From: Chiloscyllium plagiosum
Lineage: Eukaryota
DNA: 64,000 nt
Reading direction: 5' to 3'
Assembly (NCBI RefSeq): GCF_004010195.1
Contig: NC_057754.1
Location: 3,319,527 to 3,383,526, forward strand
A program made the position numbers and the translations under genes. The notes beneath the pieces are model-generated. The model did no database searches. It was not told the DNA's origin and saw only the letters and a program-made list of their open reading frames with translations. Shown here piece after piece: positions 50,014 to 63,200 of this stretch; the stretch's first letter is position 1, and each line of letters opens with the position of its first letter.

Positions 50014-52119
50014 ATCATAAGAAGCAAGACTAGGCCATTCAGCCCCTCAAGCCCTTCAGATAAGATAGTGACTGATCTAGTTCTGGTGTCAACTCCATTT
50101 TCCTCTCTGTCACCCCTACTCCCAATAACCCCCAACTCCCTTGTCGATCAACAAACTGTCAAATTCAAACTTGTATACATACAAAGACCCACCTTTATTG
50201 CTCGCGAGGGAAGAGAATTCCACAGATTCAAGACTCTGAAAGAAGAAATTCCTCCTTATTCCACCTTAAATGAGAGACTCCTTATTTTTAAGCTGTGTCC
50301 GCTCCGTTCTAGTCTTAGTTTTCATCCTTTCAGCATCTCCCTGTCAACCCCGACAAAATCTAATGTCTCAATAAGATTGCCTCTCATTTTCTTCCAATGG
50401 CTACAGGCCCAACCTCCTCAATTGTTCCTCATAAGACAAACTCCTTCATTTCAGGAACCTTCTCTGAGCTGCTTCTAATCTTCAACGTCTTGAGCGACTA
50501 TCTGGTTCTTCAAGCTATATGAGTGGAGAAGCTGGACATGAAAGGGTCTGCATAACGCCAGCACACACACACATCCTCCAAATGGGCGGCCGTGCCTCTG
50601 AGAAAGGATATTGCTTCTCGTGCAAGTGTATTCCCCCAAAGTGAGAAGACCAGAAGTCTTCACAGTACTCCAGCTTAAGAAATTAAAGCATAAATAAATT
50701 TTAAAAACTAGATCTTGGCTATTGAGGCGTGAATTTGTGAAATGGAGGGCAGGAGGAACTCTCTGCACAAAGCTGGAAAGCTCTCAAGACAGACTGGCAA
50801 CTTGTTAGTGGGCAATAGATATGAAGAAAAGGAGGGGGTCAATGGGTGTTTGACTGTAAATCAACTATGATCCAATTGTGTGGCAGGGCTGGTTTGGGGG
50901 ACTATATAGCCTCCTTTTGTTCCCAAGTCAGCGCTTGGAATTCATTTTTATACTTAATAAGATATTTTGCAAGCTACAAAGCAACTGTTGGCTCGGAGTG
51001 ATTCAGTTTGATTGGAAGCCGATGAGATACTGAAGACGTTGTGGCGCTGGCCACAGTCTTCCTTTGTTGTCTTGTACTCTGAATCAAGACACGTGTCAAA
51101 AATATGCAGAGGAGGGGATGCACACCCATATGTAGTGTGCTAGTTTTTACATATCTGCCAAAATAAAGAAGATGCTTTCCATCTTACATTCATCAGGACA
51201 AATGCAAGAAAGTCAAATTTTGAATGATCTCAACAAATCATGCTACAGGAGCAACTAGGGGTGATTTGTAGTTCCCTTTTGCTGTCTCCATAGCAATGCC
51301 TCAGTTAATCAAAGTCGACTTGTCAACCAATTAACTCCCTTTCCTTCTGGCCTATACCTGCATCTATTTCTTCGGTTCCTCTGTTCTGAGTAGCTTCTCC
51401 TAGAGCTGGATTTGTACAAGATTCCCATTTAGCTCAATCTCAGACGGTGTGGCATTTTAACTTAGAAAATGGTCTGCATATTGCTGTGGTTGGCAGTGGT
51501 ATACAAGCTCAACATGACATCCCAACTCCCATACTCAAGGGTCTGAGCAATAAAGGCAAGCATGCTAAATGCCTACTTAAACACCCTATCTATATGTGAT
51601 GCAAACTGCAAAGAATTATGTACCTGAACCTACAGCTCTGTTTTTGAGGGGGCCTGGCTTTAAATTTCATTTGCATTTCAGTCCCATGCTCACAAACTTT
51701 AAGCACCTGGTGCGGAGAGGGGCGAACAAGTTGGAGGATGTCCTCAAGGAGCTGCCCTTGGGCCTATCCAGGGTGACCACTGACTAATCAAGGTAGCAGA
51801 CTCTGCAGGAGGTCATTACACTCAATTGCCTACCCACTCTTCCATGTTTACATCCGCTCTCGGGTGTCCTTGGATGGTGCGTGTCCACTGGGGTGCTTCA
51901 GACCTTCCGTGACCACTGGGCACCACAGGGTCTGGAGTGCTTAATCAGCCTCACCATGACTAAAGTTTTTATTCAAACTTGTAAGTTTTCTTGCAGGATT
52001 TTATTTCGGCACAGTGCCCTTGTAGTGATTGGAATGAGGTTGGCTAGGTGGATCTTGTTGAGTGTGAGTTCCTTGATTGGGGCTGTAACCTGGTCCCATC
52101 AGGGAACCCTGGCTGACAA

Positions 52120-52310
52120 ATAAAATAAACAGGAGCATCCAATCTGGGAGGCTGGAGTTGATGTGTGCCGATTCTGAACTTCTCAGAGCATTTCATAATG
52201 ATGTGTGTCAGAGCCACCGGGTGGTAGTCATTTAAGGCACGTTGCCTGATTTTTCTTTGGCACCGGGATGACAAGAGGTCGTCTTGAAGCAAGTGAGAAT
52301 GTCACGTTGT
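52120..52310 (-). mobile_element. Rex1/Babar-like RT fragment
   Basis: ALNDYHPVALTHIIMKC, similar to the CLNDYRPVALT motif. Confidence 0.7.
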
Positions 52311-53089
52311 GGTAATGAGAGTTAAGGATGTCCTTAAGATGCTCCTGCCATCTGAAAAACAAACTCAGGAGCATCAGAGGTTCTGTTCACTGGGAGCTGC
52401 TCAGGGTCCACGTGTAGTACATGTGTCAATAAAGAGTGACTTGGTGCTGGGAAACAGCCTCTGTGGAATTATTTCAGCCCTTTTAGGAGGCTATCACCTG
52501 TTTAGTCTGCTTGAATTAAAATAATGTGAGGTTGCTGCGATGTAGTCCCAGTTAGTACAAAGGAGGCAGACATTTGCGCTGCATTGTGTGAATAAACTAA
52601 TATCAAAAAAAGTTTTTCATAGTTCACCAATTGGCTTGGGATCAAGAACACGAGTTAATGAATCTTAAAGCTATGTGAACGTTTTCTCTCTTGATATATG
52701 TTTCAGCCATCATTACCTCACTGTCTTAAAGCTATGTGAACGTTTTCTCTCTTGATATATGTTTCAGCCATCATTACCTCACTGTCTACCTATTGCTGTA
52801 AAATTTAATATATCTTTCTATTTGTTTTAATGGATCTGAACTTTGCTGGTCAGGGCAGCATTTGCCCATCTGAATGAGCTGAGTAGCTCACTCGGCCATT
52901 TCAGAGGACAGTTAAGAATAACCACATTGCTGTGGGTCTGGGGTCATGTGTAGGCCGGACCAGGTAAGGATGGCAGGTTTCTTTCCTAAAAGGGGCATTG
53001 GTAAACCAGGTGAACTTCGATAACAATTGATGATAGTTGTCGTGGTCACCAGCACTGAGACAAGATTTCAATTTCAGATTTTTATAGGA

Positions 53090-53422
53090 TCTCGACAGTG
53101 TGGAGGCAGGCCATTCAGCCGATCGGGTCCACGCTGACTGACCGAAGAGCATCCCACCCAGACCCAACCCTCTCTCCAATCGCTGTAATCCTGCATTTCC
53201 CATGGCTAACCCACCCAGCCTGCACATCCCGAGACACTATGGGGCAATTTAGCATGGCCAATTCACCTAACCTGCACATCTTTGGACTGTGGGAGGAAAC
53301 CCCATGCAGACACAGGGAGAACCTGTAAACTCCACACAGACAGTCACTCGAAGATGGAATTGAACCCAGGTCTCTGGCGCTATGAGGCAGCAGTGATAAC
53401 CACTGAGCAATTGTGCCACCCC
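53090..53422 (-). mobile_element. Near full-length HE1-like SINE
   Basis: ggtggcacaattgctcagtggtt...gggttcaattcc (A/B boxes), body and CR1-like tail. Confidence 0.85.
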
Positions 53423-55337
53423 AAATTTTATTAATTGAGTTTAAATTTTGTGTTCTGCTTTGTATCATGAGATACTAAGCCATATTCCGTGCCTTAAGTT
53501 CCTAGTCAAAAGATATTACCACTGCAGCATAATCTCCTCCATCTTATTTGTTAAATATTTTTATTGTCTGTATTAGTGTTGCTTTAGACATCAAACTAAG
53601 GCTCTTGTCTGTCCTCTCAGAAGGATGTTTTCAAAAAAAAGATCCCATGGTACGATTCTGCAGAAGAAGAAGGGAATTCTCCCCAGTGCACTGGAGATTT
53701 TATTTAAAGTTGGAACCTGTTTCTAAAAAAAAAAATGTTCTGCCCAATCTTACACTGCTGTTGCCAGGAGCTTGCTGTGTACAAATTGGTTGTCACCTTT
53801 CCCGCATTGTATGAGAGTCACTCCAAGAGCACTCTGAACTAAATTTTAATTCTAGATTAGTTGAGTTCAAATTTACCGTTTCCTATGGTAGGCTTTGAAC
53901 CCACGTCCCAACACATTAGCCATAGCCTCTGTAGCACGAGTCCAGTGACATTACCAGTATGCCACTACACTTGTCCTCAGTAGCCAACTGATTATGATAC
54001 CCTCTTATCCAAATGAATGAATTCACCCAGGATTAAAGTCACTCATGTCTGCGCATCGGGCACTGGGCTAGGAGGATTTACTACATTATCTGTTCAACAT
54101 GACCAGGTACTTATTTGGCATCGATCCCGAGAATCGAGGGCAAGTGCTTTGAATTGGTGCCATTTCCCGTTGCAGATTAGTCTATAATTTAACATCATTT
54201 TCTACAAGCCCCTGTTCCTGCCATTTCCTGAGAGTACCTCTAATTACTGCAATTGGAGCTTTGGAATCACAGTTGATCTTGCTGACGCTGGTCCCCAGAG
54301 CAGTCATATTTCCTTCTACAATTTTCATGTGATTAAAAGCTTTTTTATTTGAAAAACTGCTAGGTTTTACACAATATTGACCTGCTTGTTTATTCATTCT
54401 CTGTGAAGACCAATGAGGAACTGAAACTGGAACAAGTTTCCGAAGAAATAGGAGCAGGAGTAGACTATTTGGCTCTCTGAGTCTGCTCTACTCTTCACTT
54501 AAGATCATAATTCATCTCCACTTGTATACATAGGATTTATGGCACAGAAACAGGCCATTCAGCCCAACCAGTCCCTACTCAATCTTCCATTGTTCCTCGT
54601 CTAAATTGTCCACTATAAATCTTTTATCCTCTGTAAATGCATCTACCTTACTTAATTCAGCCATTCCTTGTGGAATCGAGTTCCACATTCTCACCACCCT
54701 CTGGATGAAGAGGTTGCTCCTGATTGTCAATAAATTCCAACCTCCTAGCAATGCTTTTCTTAGCAAGAGGTAACAACTGGATGAGGAGGAGCACACTGAG
54801 GTCCTGTACTTAGATCTCCCGAAAGCATTTGACAAAATGCCTCTTAAAGGTTATCATCCAAAATAGATGCGTATGGGTAGGGGGTAACATATTAGCTCAG
54901 ACAGAAGATTGGCTGGCTGGGAGAAAACAGAGTATGCATATCTAGGACTTTGTCTGAATTACATGTGAGGTCGCACAGGGATTTGTGCTCGGACCTCACG
55001 TTTTAAAATCTATTAACCGTGAGCAGCACGAGCGCGTGATCGAAATGTGCTGACACAAAGACAGGCAGGAAATGATGTTGTGTAGAATACGTAAGGTTGT
55101 TGCTGACCAATTTATACCTAGGTTGAAAAGCCAGTGGTCAAAAGCTAGAGTTCAATGTGGGGAAATGTTGGCAGGAGAAATAAATAAGCAGAATATTACC
55201 TAAATGGAGAGTGACTGTAGAATTCCACGGTGCAGAGATCTCAGTGTTCCAGTGATATGTCACAAAAGATAACTTTGCAGGTACAGCATGTAGTCAAGAA
55301 CACGAAGACGATGGACTCTACAATTGTACGGCAATAA

Positions 55338-56668
55338 CCTCAGCGCTGACCCTCCGACAGTGCAGCACTCCCTCAGCGCTGACCCTCCGACAGTGCGGCG
55401 CCCCCTCAGCACTGACCCTCTGACAGTGCCCACTTCCTCAGCACTGACCCTCCCACAGTGCCCACTTCCTCAGCNNNNNNNNNNNNNNNNNNNNNNNNNN
55501 NNNNNNNNNNNNNNNNNNNNNNNNNNNNNNNNNNNNNNNNNNNNNNNNNNNNNNNNNNNNNNNNNNNNNNNNNNNNNNNNNNNNNNNNNNNNNNNNNNNN
55601 NNNNNNNNNNNNNNNNNNNNNNNNNNNNNNNNNNNNNNNNNNNNNNNNNNNNNNNNNNNNNNNNNNNNNNNNNNNNNNNNNNNNNNNNNNNNNNNNNNNN
55701 NNNNNNNNNNNNNNNNNNNNNNNNNNNNNNNNNNNNNNNNNNNNNNNNNNNNNNNNNNNNNNNNNNNNNNNNNNNNNNNNNNNNNNNNNNNNNNNNNNNN
55801 NNNNNNNNNNNNNNNNNNNNNNNNNNNNNNNNNNNNNNNNNNNNNNNNNNNNNNNNNNNNNNNNNNNNNNNNNNNNNNNNNNNNNNNNNNNNNNNNNNNN
55901 NNNNNNNNNNNNNNNNNNNNNNNNNNNNNNNNNNNNNNNNNNNNNNNNNNNNNNNNNNNNNNNNNNNNNNNNNNNNNNNNNNNNNNNNNNNNNNNNNNNN
56001 NNNNNNNNNNNNNNNNNNNNNNNNNNNNNNNNNNNNNNNNNNNNNNNNNNNNNNNNNNNNNNNNNNNNNNNNNNNNNNNNNNNNNNNNNNNNNNNNNNNN
56101 NNNNNNNNNNNNNNNNNNNNNNNNNNNNNNNNNNNNNNNNNNNNNNNNNNNNNNNNNNNNNNNNNNNNNNNNNNNNNNNNNNNNNNNNNNNNNNNNNNNN
56201 NNNNNNNNNNNNNNNNNNNNNNNNNNNNNNNNNNNNNNNNNNNNNNNNNNNNNNNNNNNNNNNNNNNNNNNNNNNNNNNNNNNNNNNNNNNNNNNNNNNN
56301 NNNNNNNNNNNNNNNNNNNNNNNNCAGCGCTGACCCTCCGACAGTGCGGCGCTCCCGCAGCGCTGACCCTCCGACAGTGCGGCGCTCCCGCAGCGCTGAC
56401 CCTCCGACAGTGCGGCGCTCCCGCAGCGCTGACCCTCCGACAGTGCGGCGCTCCCGCAGCGCTGACCCTCCGACAGTGCGGCGCTCCCGCAGCGCTGACC
56501 CTCCGACAGTGCGGCGCTCCCGCAGCGCTGACCCTCCGACAGTGCGGCACGACCTCAGCGCTGACCTGCCGACAGTGTACACTCCCTCAGCACTGACCCT
56601 CCGACAGTGCGGTGCTCCCGCAGCGCTGACTCTCCGACAGTGTGGCACGACCTCAGCGCCGACCCTCT
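55338..56668 (-). repeat. 33-bp minisatellite spanning an assembly gap (N 55475-56324)
   Basis: Perfect cagcgctgaccctccgacagtgcggcgctcccg units to the right of the gap; variant units to the left. Confidence 0.92.
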
Positions 56669-58254
56669 GAAAGTAGAAAGCTCCCTTGGATATTTAACTT
56701 CAGTAAGTCTGTGGTTTTGTTTTTAGCAGAAGGCATAAGGAAAAGGCAGTGGGTATCTGTTTCTGGGGATGCAATGTTTCAGCATAGATTCAGCAAGTAC
56801 ATTTGCCCACCTTCTCCTGGTGTCCCAGAGATCTATAATATGAATTAAAGTCTGTCAATGGGACATTTGCAGAAGCCTTTCCTTCAGCCATGCACACCAG
56901 GCAAAGATTTCAGCTGAATCTTTGTTTATTTACAACCCTAGGGACACATTTCCTGCACTCGCTCAGTTACAACTGCAGTGTTAGCTTCCACATTTAACAA
57001 ACAAATTGGCTTGACACAGACTAACAGTAAGAATCAAGTTTCCCATTTCTGAGTTAGTACAGTCCTTAATCAATTACAGGAGAGTCAATGTGCAGCATGT
57101 CCTAACATGCTGAAAGGACCATCTATTGAGTGTTGAGAGTAAGGACATGGCTGGGGCTGGTCAGCAAATACTCGAAAGCATGAGGGTGTTGAATCATAGA
57201 ATGGTTACAATACAAAAAGAAGTTATTCTGCCAAGGTGACTGTGCTGCAGAAGTGTCTCAGCCAGTAACATGCTCCTGCCTTTTCCCTCCATCCCTGATA
57301 CAATTCCTGGTCTGAAGTGTCAAACACATCTGCCACACAGCTACAGTAAAGGTGCTAATATAAGATGTGGCTTATCAAACCTTTCAATGTCATTAATTTT
57401 CCTGTTTCTTAAAAATGATTTTGTTTCTTATTTAGACTCCACTTGCGAACGAGTCACTGCCCTTTTCGTGTGCAGCCTAAATTATGGTTCTTTTTGAGAT
57501 TTGGCATTTTTGTGATTTGTCCTGATAAGTGCAAAATGACAATCTTCACTACTGTGTCTCTTTCCTTCAGTATTTTATAGATACTTAGCGAATTAGTAAC
57601 GCTAGGTAAACCTCTCGGATGTGTACATCAGATAGATCTGGACAGGGCGTGTGTATGGATGGGTGCTATACATTTCACGGCAGAAGAGCCAGTGGACATT
57701 GAGCTACCACCTAGAGGTGCCAATCCTGCGGTATGGCACCCACAGCCTGCCCGCCACAGCCAGCAAGCCCACACCCGTACTCTCTGCTTCAGTGTGGACC
57801 CAGTGTGACGGTCTCCTGGCCCGACATTACAGTTTCTCGGCAGAACGTGGTGGTGTCTCGGCCTGGTGTGAGAGACCACACCATTGTGGCATTCTCAGGT
57901 GATTCCAGAGCGGGTTCCTGGCCTTGAGGTGAAGCCCAGTGGTCTGTATTCAAGGCACTGTGTGGACTAGAGGCTAGGTACCAGCGTGAACTGGGTTGGA
58001 ATGACTGAACATTTTATTTCCATCTCTAGTTTATTCCAATGTTGGATTTTTTTACTTATTTCTCAATATTTGTTTCCTAAGAACTCGTACTGAAGATCTG
58101 TATGTAGGTACCTGTGGACCTAAGATGGTACCATAGTTGGCGACTTTTCAATGAACTCTGAGTATTTGAGACTAGAAAGCTAATTCAATTCAATTTAAGG
58201 ATTTCAGGAGAGAGAGGGGAAGAGAATGGAAGTGAAAAAATAGTTTAACCGTCC

Positions 58255-59172
58255 AAATGATTTGAATGAGGAAGAGGAAGGGTGGGTTAGTAAGTTTCCC
58301 AATGACACGAAGGTTGATGGAGCGGTGGATAGTGTGGAGGGCTGTTGTCGGTTGCAACGGAACATTGACAGGATGCAGAACTGGCCTGATGAGTGACAGA
58401 TGGAGTTCCACCTGGAAAAGTGTGAAGTCATTCACTTTGGAAAGTCGAATCTGATTGCAGAATACAGGGTTAAAGGCAGCATTCTTGGTAGTGTGGAGGA
58501 ACAGAGGGATCTTGGGGTCCATGTCTATAGATCCCTCAAAGTTGTCAGCCAGGTCTGTTAAGAAGGCGTATGGTGTTAGCTTTCATTAACCGGGGATTGA
58601 GTTTAAGAGCCACAAGGTTATGCTGCAGCTCTATAGAGCCCTGGTTAGACCACACTTGGAATATTGTGTTCAGTCCTAGTCACCTCATTATAGGGAAATG
58701 TAGATGCCTTAGGTGCAGATGAGATTTACCAGGATGCTGCCTGGACTGGATGGCATGTCTTATGAAGGAAGTTTGAGGGAGCTAGGGCTTTTCTCTTTGG
58801 AGCAGAGAAGGATGAGAGATGACTTGATAGAGGTGTACAAGATGTTGAGAAGCATAGATAGAATGGAGCCAGGAACCTTTTCCCAGGGTAAAAATGTCTA
58901 TCATGAGGGGGCATAGTTTTAAGGTAAATGTTGGAAGGGTTAGGGGAGATGTCAGAGGTAGGTTCTTTACGCAGAGAGTGGTGGGTGCGTGGAATGCACT
59001 GCCAGCAGTGGTAGTAGAGTCAGAGACATTGGGGACATTGAAACGACTCTTGGCTAGGCACATGGAAGATAGTACAATGAAGGGTATGTAGGTTAGGCTG
59101 ATCTTAGAGGAGGATAAAAGGCTGGCACTACATCGAGGGCCAAAAGACTGTGCTGTGATGTACTGTTCTATG
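58255..59172 (+). mobile_element. CR1 LINE 3' ~900 bp
   Basis: RFTRMLPGLDGMSYE...FFTQRVVGAWNALP and a tgttctatg tail. Confidence 0.9.
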
Positions 59173-61522
59173 TGCAGCAACAGAGCTGCTGTCATGGACA
59201 ATAAACACATTAGCCTAAAGTTTTAGCCTGCACAAGTTAAACTCAATTGAAAACTTTAACTGTACTCTCCCTGGCAGGAGTCCTCTAAATGGATGAGCTC
59301 AGCACAGGCTAATGTGAATTGTGAGGCCCTGTTAAATGGCAGGCGAATATCTCTCCCATCTATTTTAACCTTTTTGTTGACCGTGCTTCTCAATCTTGCT
59401 TCAACGTGAGATCGGCTCTGCCACGTTGCAAAGAATTAATCATGTTTTCAGATATTGTTTCCAATTGCCCAGAATCCCCCTGTCACCCCAAACCCAGTCA
59501 GGGTTGGCGGGTGTGGGGCAGAGTGTCCCACAGAGGCCTCCAGCGCACCCTCAGCCCTGTCCATGTGCAAATCTGGGCGAGAGGCTGGAATTTTGTTTTA
59601 CTGGGATCGGGGGAGAGACTGTGCTTTGGGTCCAAGTGGGACCACTTACGGTGAAACCAATTTAACAAAAAATAAATCTGTTATACTTGGGATAGAATGT
59701 ACTAGTCAAAATGGAGGACCAATATGAAGTACACAAGGAAATTGGACCAGTACTCTATATATGTCAAGCAGCTGTTTAATTGGTTTTTGCCTCTGGATGA
59801 GACATGCCCTTCTCCCTTCCTTTCAGTATTGCAAGTGACATCAGATCAAACTCCAGGCCTCATTTTACACAAAAGAAAAGCTGAAAGGAATCTCAAGACT
59901 GACATCATCAGAGCTGGTGGATGGGAACTGGGAACGCAAGCGTGGATGTCCCCATGTGGGACGCTTAGAACCTGAAGGAACAGTCCTCAGCTTGACCTCA
60001 ACGTTGGCTTCACATCCACAGCCAGAGAGTGGTGAACCTGTGGGGCTTGTTACCACAGAGGGCTGTGGAGACAAAGCCATTGAGCATATTTAAGGCCGAG
60101 ACACAAAGTTCTTGATTTGTAAAGGAATCAAAGGTTACAGGGGAGAAGGCAGGAGAATGGGGTTGAGAAACCTGTCATTCATGATTGAATAGCAGAGAAG
60201 ACTCACTGGGCCTAATGGCCTAATTCTGCTCCCGTATCTTTGGCCTAATGGCAAGGGATTTAATTGGCTGAAGGATCTGTGTCCAGGCCTCAGGATGCAG
60301 GTTGGGCTCTGAGGAAAGTGGGACCCTTGTTAATCCACTTGGATCCTCAGCGTCTTCCCAGAAATCTGGATGGTGGCCTCTCTTGTTGAGATACAGTGCC
60401 ACCTCTCTACCATTAGATTGAGTTTTGCCATCTCTCTCACTCCCCATTCAAAGTTCTAGTTGAGGCCTTAGGCCTTGCATATTAGGAGCCTTGGCCTGGA
60501 CCTGAGCAGAGAGCCAGGTGATAGAACAGCAACCTCTGGGCCCTAATAAGCACATGGTGGCCTTAACCCGGTCTTGCCTACAAACTCTAACCCCAACCCT
60601 GGCTGTGACCCGGGCCATACACTGCCTTTTCTGATCGGGCCATCTCTAATCCTGCGGTTCCCTTAGCGTTGCCTGATATTCCTGAGTAAATCAGCAATCA
60701 CAACTCGTTAGAAATTAAAGCCTTAACAGCTTCATCTCGAAAATGTGATATCAATCCACTATTTTGAGAAAACCGCTTGCCGTTTCCAAGAATTGTTCCG
60801 AAGCTGCAGACCATCAAATTCACATTTCTGAGCTCCGATTCACTAAATGGATAATGCTTCTGCCCATTAATCCCTTCGATGATTGTTGGGAAGTTTCCTG
60901 TCAGTGACAGATTACAGACTAAAGCAGTAAATTCTGCAGCAGCCTTTTTGCCTCCTGTCAGCTTCCTCCATATAGCTTGTCCTTTGTGCACCCCCCCCCC
61001 CCCCACCCCCCGACCAGTATCTGCGATCTCTCCACATGAACGATAAAATAAATTGATGATGGAGGTTCCAGCACGTTCTGCATACAATAAGCCAAAGTGT
61101 TGGCAAGTTCAGGCTTTTCAGCAAACACCGTGTGCTCACCCTCCCCTCTGGCTCACAAATTGCAAAATTCAGGGAAAATTTCGACAAATCTCTCCCCAAA
61201 AGAAAAGCTCTCAGGTGGAGAATTTGTTCACAGTTCTGGGCGCCACTCTTCAGAAAGGAGATGGAGGCACTAGAGAGGGTGCAGAAAAGATTCGGGACAC
61301 AGTTCCCAGACTGAGGAACTTGAGCGACCTGGATAGACCAGAAGAGAAGCCAGGGTTTTTCTCTCTGGTGTGGAGGAAGCTGAGAGGAACTCTTGTCGGT
61401 CCAGCAGAGAGAGAATCAGAATTAACTCTTGGGGTCTGACACAATTCCTCTTCAATCTGACTCCATTTCTCTCCCCACTGATGGTGCCCGACCTGCTGAG
61501 ATTCTCCACCACTTTCTGCCTT

Positions 61523-63200
61523 TAGCGCATTTTGAGAAGATTTGTAGCTCAGGTTGAGGTTCTGCATGGAGGTTTGCTCGCTGAGCTGGAAGGTTCGTTT
61601 TCAGATGTTTTGTCACCATAGTAGGTAACATTGTCAGTGAGCCTCTGGTGATATGGCCCCAGACCTATAGTCTCGCTATCTGGAACACAAACTTGTAAAT
61701 TCGCCAAGGAGCTACACCAAAGACTAAAACATTTAGTAGAAGACTCACGTCACTCCATTTACTCCACCCGAGAATTCCTGAAGACCATCAAAGACACCAA
61801 GATAAAGGATGAACTAATCGTCTCCTTTGCTGTAATAGCTCTGTTCGCATCCATCAACATCAACCTGGCCAAGGAAACACTGACTACACTATTAGAAGAC
61901 CCAACAATACATACACCAAACACCACCAACTTCATCAGCAAGGAGAATATCATCAAACTAGTGGACCTATGCTTTACCACCCACTTCACTGTCAACAACA
62001 AAACCTACAGACAAACCGACAGAACACCCATGGGATCTTCGATATCAGGGTTCTTAGCAGAGGTAGTAATGCAGAGACTCAAATAAACAGCTCTGCCAAT
62101 CCAAACTTTGGGTCCGCTACATGGATGATACCTTTGTCATCACTAAATGAAACAAATTAAAGGAAATCTTCAAGACCATCAATAATACCCTTACTGGCAT
62201 AACATTCACTAAAGAGGAGGAAAACAACAACAAACTGCCATTCCTAGATGTCACAGTAGAGCGAACAGCCAATGGGGAAGTTCAAACCAGCGTCTACAGG
62301 AAAACAATACATACAGACCAAATATTGAACTACAGAAGCAATCATCCCAACACCCACAAACGAAGCTGCGTTTGAACATTATTTTAATAAGCCGCCACAC
62401 CACCACACACTGCAGCACAGAGGAACTATGCAGAGCAGAGGAAAATCACCGACACAGTGTATTCAAAAAGAACGGGTACTCAATGAACACAGTCTGCCAA
62501 TTTCTCAGCAACAAACCCAAACAAGCAGACAAAACGCGTCCAGAAACCCTAGCCACTCTCCCCTACATCAAAGACATTTCGGAAATAACTGCCAGACTGC
62601 TCTGACCCCTTGGCATCATGGTGGCCCACAAACCCAACAACATACTACAACAGCAGCTAATGAACTTGAAAGACCCTATACAGACAACCAAAACTAATGT
62701 CATTTACAAAATACCGTGCAAGGACTGTAACAAACACTACATTGGACAAACAGGCAGAAAACTAGCCACCAGCATACATGAACATCAACTAGCCACAAAA
62801 AGACATGACCCACTCTCACTAGTATCCTCACATACAGATGAGGAAGGACACCACTTCGACTGGGACAACACATCTATCCTAGGACAAGCCAAACAGAGAC
62901 ATGCGCAAGAATTCTGAGAAGCGTGGCATTCCAACCGGAACTCTATCAACAAACACATTGACTTGGGTCCCATTTATCATCACCTGAGAAAAAGGACCGG
63001 ACATGACATCATCACCATAAATAACATCACCACAGGAAATGACATCACCAGTCCAAGGAAACCTAAACACATAAACAAAAAACCGGGCATACCACCAGTG
63101 CTACATCCGGAGGCTCACTGATGATGTTACCTAGTATGGTGACAAAACATCTGAAAATGAACCTTCCAGCTCAACGAGCAAACCTACCTCCAGAACCTTC
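61523..63200 (+). mobile_element. Penelope-like element (Penelope/Poseidon-type), frameshifted RT and GIY-YIG, with inverted terminal repeat on the left
   Basis: RYMDDTFV and LPFLDV segments; NVIYKIPCKDCNKHYIGQTGRKLATSIHEH (62618-62917). About 61570-61648 is the reverse complement of about 63107-63190. Confidence 0.9.

Noticed and set aside
53340..53422. A/B-box sequences as tRNA genes
   Set aside because: They are SINE heads continuous with SINE bodies and show no full cloverleaf.
55324..56670. Long ORFs across 55.3-56.7 kb and 11594-12604
   Set aside because: They are artefacts of N gaps and minisatellites.
60698..61087. 129-aa minus-strand ORF with a possible acceptor
   Set aside because: No recognisable family and no compatible neighbouring exons; cannot be supported without a search.
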